A stretch of DNA of 64,000 nucleotides from a virus, in IMG/VR virus record IMGVR_UViG_3300038701_001282, positions 3,939 through 67,938 of that record; one strand, given 5' to 3'. The notes under the pieces were generated by a model that was not told where the DNA came from, did not search any database, and saw only the letters and a program-made list of their open reading frames with translations. Shown here in pieces: positions 59,314 through 64,000 of the stretch. Position 1 is the first letter of the stretch. Each line of letters starts with the position of its first letter. Both the position numbers and the translations under genes were made by a program.

Positions 59314-61095
59314 ATGGCAGGAACTAATAATAGGGGCATGGATTATACTTTAAAGATCGGTGCTGATTTCTCTGCTGTAGAGAAGTCTCAGAAACGGATT
59401 GAGGCTGTCTTAAAGCGTACTGGAAGGGTAGAAAGAACCTTCAACAGAGAGAGAATCAACGCTGCTAATAAGCTCCTAACCTTAGAGAAAAGAATAGCTA
59501 ATGAAAGACTTCGAGGTATGAGGTCTTCTAGTGTAGCAGCTTCAGCACAAAGAGAGTTAGTTAGGTCAGAAGCTTCTTTGAGAAGAGGTACTTCAAGGGA
59601 AGCTTTTACTGCTCCAAGCTCGCGTTTAGTATCTCCTGTACAGACCCAAGATCAAATAAATAGAGCTGGAGAACTTAGAGACAAGTTAACACAAAGAACT
59701 GATGTATTTGACACCAAAGCTTTAGATGACATTAATCGAAGGATTGATCGAATCCAAGGCAAAATGCGTAAGACTACTAATCCTCTCGAGTTCAGAAGAT
59801 TGAAGAGAGAGTTGACTGGAGTAAACACTCAAGTTAATAAGACAATCCGTAACTATGACAGACTTAATCGTAAGATGTCTATGTCTCAGTTTGCTACTAA
59901 TGGATTGTCCAGTTCCTTGATGAACTTAGGTAGATCATATGTTTCTGTATTTGCTATCATTGAGGGTGCTACAGCCTTCATTAGAATTACTAAGCAAATT
60001 GAAACTGCAGAAGTAGCTTTACTTAATGCAGCAGGCAGTGCAGAACAAGCAGCTCAGGATTTTGAGTTTGTTAAGCAGATATCCAATCAGCTTGGACTAG
60101 AGATGATATCAACAGCAACTGCATTTGGTAAGTTTAACTCTGCAGCTAAATTAGGAGGGCTTACTCAAGCTCAAACTGAGAAGACATTTTCAGATATAGC
60201 TAAAGCTGTAACCAGTGCCTCTTTAAGTGCAGAGAGAGCTTCATTAGTCTTCCAAGCATTCCAGCAGGTAATGTCGAAAGGCGTTCTGTCTATGGAAGAA
60301 GTTAGGCAGCAGATCGGTGAATCTTTGCCACAAGGTATGGCTGCATTATCTAGAGCTACAGGTAAGACTGGACAAGAGTTGTTTAAGTTTATTGAGAGTG
60401 GTGAAGCAATCTCCAAAGACATACTCCCTGTTTGGGCAGCAGAACTTGCTAAGATCTCAGAAGAGTCAGGCGCTCTCTCCTTAGCATCTAATAACTTAAA
60501 TGCAAAATGGAATAGATTCCTTAATCAGCTCACAGAAACAGTAGATATTTTAGGTAATGACTTAGGCATTAAAGCCTTGATGATGGGGATACTTGAAGTA
60601 TTGTCAGACATTACTGAGGCATTCAACTCTACCTTAAAATTAGCCAGCAATCTATTTAAACTCATCTTCATGTGGAATGATGAAGTAGGTCAGATTGAAG
60701 ATGGCATGGACAAGATAAATGATAAGCTTGGAGCCATGCAGATATTGGTTAAATTCATATCTGGAATTTGGAAGGGGTTTATCGGATCTATCAAGCTTGG
60801 AATAAGCTTCTTTGAGATATTCTTTGATAATCTCAGAAAAGAAGGCTTACTTGATGCCTTTAACCTTACAGCAGAAGAATTTGCTAAAGGTAAAGAAGAG
60901 GCTAAAAGAATTGCCGAAGAAAAGAGACAGGCAGATATCAGAAAGAATAATAATGCAATCAAAGCTGCCATAGAAGTTAATGTCAATAACGAGATTAACT
61001 CTAATAATACTGATGAGATTCTAGATCAAGTTGAATCTACAGTTAAAACTGGCGTAGAGAAAGCTATACAAGATAAATTCTCTCAGGCATTTTAA
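59314..61095 (+). CDS. tape measure protein
   Basis: helical; tape-measure domain FVKQISNQLGL...QVMSKG.LS.EEVRQQIGE.LP. Confidence 0.9.
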   Translation: MAGTNNRGMDYTLKIGADFSAVEKSQKRIEAVLKRTGRVERTFNRERINAANKLLTLEKRIANERLRGMRSSSVAASAQRELVRSEASLRRGTSREAFTAPSSRLVSPVQTQDQINRAGELRDKLTQRTDVFDTKALDDINRRIDRIQGKMRKTTNPLEFRRLKRELTGVNTQVNKTIRNYDRLNRKMSMSQFATNGLSSSLMNLGRSYVSVFAIIEGATAFIRITKQIETAEVALLNAAGSAEQAAQDFEFVKQISNQLGLEMISTATAFGKFNSAAKLGGLTQAQTEKTFSDIAKAVTSASLSAERASLVFQAFQQVMSKGVLSMEEVRQQIGESLPQGMAALSRATGKTGQELFKFIESGEAISKDILPVWAAELAKISEESGALSLASNNLNAKWNRFLNQLTETVDILGNDLGIKALMMGILEVLSDITEAFNSTLKLASNLFKLIFMWNDEVGQIEDGMDKINDKLGAMQILVKFISGIWKGFIGSIKLGISFFEIFFDNLRKEGLLDAFNLTAEEFAKGKEEAKRIAEEKRQADIRKNNNAIKAAIEVNVNNEINSNNTDEILDQVESTVKTGVEKAIQDKFSQAF

Positions 61096-61108
61096 TATAA
61101 GGGTAATT

Positions 61109-61741
61109 ATGGCTATATATTTTATATCGGCAACAGTTGACAACGTAGAGTATATTTATGCCCTTGATGCCACAGAGACTTCTTCTGTCAATTCTAGTGG
61201 CCAACTGTCCACTCATAAATTAGAAAGTGGCGATTACGCTTCAGATAACTACAGGAATAACCCCAGTACAATATCACTTAGAGGGGTTATTTCTGATGTT
61301 TATGTAGGTAATAACATATCGGAAGATGATCGTAAAACCACTAAAGAATATATTGAAGGATTAGAGAAGTTAAAGAATGATAGGATACCTTTTACAGTAC
61401 ATTACGCTTCAGATTTAACTCCAAAGTATCCATGCTTTTTTAACAAGCTTACTTATAGCCAGAACAAAGAACTAGGGTTCTCTGGATCTTCTGGAGATGG
61501 ACTTAGTATTAATGCCTACAAAGTTTCAATGCAAATAACTGAGACTAGGATTGGTAGGACATCTTCTATTACCACTGGTAAAGCATCAGCATTTATAGAC
61601 CCCACCCAAGACAAACAAGAAGCTTCTTCACCAACTAAAAGTGAAGTGACAAGCAGGGCTACAAGTGGATATTTAGACATATATGATTCAGCTACCAACT
61701 TTACAGAGGTTGGAACAGGCACAGAATTACCGGGAGGTTAA
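61109..61741 (+). CDS. baseplate/Dit-like protein
   Basis: TH.LESG..ASDN....P..ISLRGVISD. Confidence 0.75.
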   Translation: MAIYFISATVDNVEYIYALDATETSSVNSSGQLSTHKLESGDYASDNYRNNPSTISLRGVISDVYVGNNISEDDRKTTKEYIEGLEKLKNDRIPFTVHYASDLTPKYPCFFNKLTYSQNKELGFSGSSGDGLSINAYKVSMQITETRIGRTSSITTGKASAFIDPTQDKQEASSPTKSEVTSRATSGYLDIYDSATNFTEVGTGTELPGG

Positions 61742-62104
61742 ATGGCAGTACAGCTACCAGTACCTTTAGTCTCCTATTCGGAGATTGAAGTATCTTTATC
61801 AGGTATTACCTACATCCTAAATTACAGATTCAATACAACCTTCAAGAAAGATGAGAATGATGAGGGTACTTGGATGCTAGACATAATGGACTCAAATAGA
61901 AATTTCATTATTAAAGGACTTGGAGTAGTAGGTCAAGGATTCTTAATGGATAACCTGATAGTAGAGGGGTTTGATCACGGAGATATACTTTGTTCTAAAA
62001 ACCAACAAACAACTAAACGGCCTACCAGAAATAATGTAGGAATAGATAACGAATATATTTTAGTATACCTCACTAACGAGGAGATAGCAGATGTCTTCAG
62101 TTGA
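61742..62104 (+). CDS. baseplate protein
   Basis: LSG.TY.L.YRFN......W.LDI; position. Confidence 0.75.
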   Translation: MAVQLPVPLVSYSEIEVSLSGITYILNYRFNTTFKKDENDEGTWMLDIMDSNRNFIIKGLGVVGQGFLMDNLIVEGFDHGDILCSKNQQTTKRPTRNNVGIDNEYILVYLTNEEIADVFS

Positions 62105-63125
62105 AGCTTTTGGTTATGAATATTCACTAACTGTAGGGAGACCAGATGCACTTATAAATTCTGGAGTCCCTTTTGTAGACTTATCTAGTGCAGTTGTGGT
62201 TGCCACTGCATCTAAGCCTACATCTCCATCTTCAGTAGGAGGCCAAAACTCTAACAAAGAAGACTACAGAACAGTGCCTGTTAGATTTTTTGAAGTAGTG
62301 GATAAACAACTAGAAGCGAACATACAGAATACAAAAGATAATGACAATCCTACTAAGATATCTGTATATAACTTAACACCGAACCAACTGAATTTAGTAA
62401 AGGAAAACTCTTCTGTAGTGTTACGTGGAGGGTATGCTACTGAGATAGGCCCAGGATTAGATAGAACTAAATTACCTATGTTGTATGTAGGACAAGTAAT
62501 ATCCACTACTACCATAGACGACGGGGTTAACAAGATTACAGAGATTTTATGCTCTTCAAGCAGAACCCCAATGAAGAATATAAAATTGTCCATAAGTTGG
62601 CCTCCTGGCACTACTTGGTTAGATATGGTGTTCGACCTTATTGATATAACTAATCAGGCAGGTATACCAGTAGGGAATGTTGTAGGTGATGTCGAAAGAC
62701 GTACAATTATTAATGATCCAGCACCTGATGGCTACCAATTGTCAGGGTTACTAGGAGAAGAGTTTTTAAAACTACTCCAAAGCGTTGGATATAGAATGTA
62801 CATGGTCTTAGGTAAGATACACATAGAGCCAATATACGCTGACCCAGATGTTGAAGTTATAAATATTAAATCTGAAAATATTAAAGGAACTATCAATAAA
62901 GAGGAAGATGGTTCTGTAGGGTTATCAGGAGACGGGCAAGAAAGAGTCGGAATTAAGTTAAAAACATTCCTTAATGGAAATATAACCACAAACAAAATGT
63001 TAAGGCTTACTGAATTACTTAATAAAGAGTTTGAAGGTGATTATAAAATTAATTCAGTAGAGCACGTCATGAATTATGAAGGTGATGTGTGGGACACTGA
63101 AATTAGTGCTGTGAGAGTAAAATGA
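62091..63125 (+). CDS. baseplate hub protein
   Basis: I.VYNL...V.LRGGY...LYVGQV...FLNG.I......Y.I.SV.H..N..G..W.TEI. Confidence 0.8.
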   Translation: MSSVEAFGYEYSLTVGRPDALINSGVPFVDLSSAVVVATASKPTSPSSVGGQNSNKEDYRTVPVRFFEVVDKQLEANIQNTKDNDNPTKISVYNLTPNQLNLVKENSSVVLRGGYATEIGPGLDRTKLPMLYVGQVISTTTIDDGVNKITEILCSSSRTPMKNIKLSISWPPGTTWLDMVFDLIDITNQAGIPVGNVVGDVERRTIINDPAPDGYQLSGLLGEEFLKLLQSVGYRMYMVLGKIHIEPIYADPDVEVINIKSENIKGTINKEEDGSVGLSGDGQERVGIKLKTFLNGNITTNKMLRLTELLNKEFEGDYKINSVEHVMNYEGDVWDTEISAVRVK

Positions 63126-64000
63126 TAAAGAACTTTAGAGAAGTTGTTAGAAGGTTAATACGGGAGTGGGTAGTAGGTAATGTTGAAACTTGCCTTCCTG
63201 CAGTCGTAATAGATATAGGTGGGTATCAAAGTACTCAACAAATTAAAACACTCCAACCACTTCCTAACGTATTGTTCGATGACCTTCAAGCAGTGGAGAT
63301 GCCCTATATCTATAATGTGCCTGTAGAGCTTACAGGAACTAAAGAGAGTCTTATATCAGTACCTATCAAGGTAGGTGATACTGTAATGGTTAGATTCTCT
63401 AAGAGAAGCATCTCAGAGCTTAAGAACCAGACTAGTGCAGAAGCGTACACACCAAAAAACTTTAGACAGTTTGATAGTGTAGATGCTACAGCATTGCCTG
63501 CAGTACTTAACTCCCCAGCGAATTTAAATCCCAGTGCAGATCATACCGAGATAAAGTTTAAAGATATCTTAGTTAGCTATCAAGACGATGGCACTGTATC
63601 TGTGACGAATGGTGTTGTCACTAATGTTTATTCTCCTGATGGGAATATAAGCTTAAACAATGACAATGCCACTATGACTATAAGTCCCGAGGGGGTGCTG
63701 GATTACTCAAGCTCGCCAGTCTCTCTCACCTTAACTCCCTCGGGCAACCTTTTGAATGTTGTGGCAGCAGATACAGTATTCTCTGGTAATGTCTCTGTAG
63801 GGGGTACTATGGATGTCACAGGAGCTACTTCACTGAGCAATACCTTAGCAGTAACAGGGTCAAGTACCTTATCAGGGGCCACTTCTGTTGGAAACACACT
63901 GGCAGTAGCAGGGGCTACTACAATGGCTGGAGCCAGTATGACTGCTGCAACTATTGGTGGTGCAGATTATACACAACATACCCACTCTAATGTAACTTCA
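63122..64000 (+). CDS. baseplate central spike (Gp138-like), truncated by window end; absent from ORF track
   Basis: MIKNFREVV...TCLPAVV...NVPV...PIKVGD.VMV.FSKRSI...FD..DA; ends in HTH (HxH apex motif). Confidence 0.85.
   Translation, partial: MIKNFREVVRRLIREWVVGNVETCLPAVVIDIGGYQSTQQIKTLQPLPNVLFDDLQAVEMPYIYNVPVELTGTKESLISVPIKVGDTVMVRFSKRSISELKNQTSAEAYTPKNFRQFDSVDATALPAVLNSPANLNPSADHTEIKFKDILVSYQDDGTVSVTNGVVTNVYSPDGNISLNNDNATMTISPEGVLDYSSSPVSLTLTPSGNLLNVVAADTVFSGNVSVGGTMDVTGATSLSNTLAVTGSSTLSGATSVGNTLAVAGATTMAGASMTAATIGGADYTQHTHSNVTS

Noticed and set aside
432-63897. Numerous antisense ORFs in the track (e.g. 432-839, 7439-7750, 34830-35312, 47463-47720, 62264-62611)
   Set aside because: Shadow frames of well-supported genes, with biased composition and no motifs
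1-64000. Alternative genetic code or stop reassignment
   Set aside because: All core genes are full length in the standard bacterial code, with all three stops used
1-64000. Integrase, repressor, DGR or rRNA
   Set aside because: No such motifs seen in this window

Overview
AT-rich 64 kb segment of a lytic, contractile-tailed dsDNA phage. Gene order and families resemble Felix O1/rV5/ICP1-type myoviruses, and the Vibrio-type ThyA suggests a marine gammaproteobacterial host (inference). Layout: 0-5.2 kb leftward genes (SleB-like hydrolase, secreted SGNH-like protein, phosphoesterase); 5.3-12.3 kb rightward operon (Bfd, DenV, macrodomain, tRNA-Arg, HNH, Rnl2-type RNA ligase, NTase-fold protein, interrupted tRNA-Asn-like gene); 12.6-16.9 kb small early-type genes behind sigma70-like promoters; 16.9-18.2 kb palindrome-dense non-coding region; 18.2-39.4 kb leftward accessory and nucleotide-metabolism genes (YopX, PAS protein, phosphatases, HslV-like, thyA, phoH, nrdAB, M23 peptidase); 39.8-64 kb morphogenesis operon (TerS, tRNA-Pro, TerL, portal, protease/scaffold, decoration, capsid, accessory SGNH/glycoside-hydrolase/Ig-repeat proteins, neck, sheath, tube, frameshifted chaperone, tape measure, baseplate, truncated spike). 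The most unusual signals are RNA-level: a tRNA-Asn-like gene split by a 114-nt structured D-loop insertion, and two related ~150-nt intergenic structured RNAs that match no family I recognise. All protein assignments are by-eye motif recognition; no database search or folding software was run.
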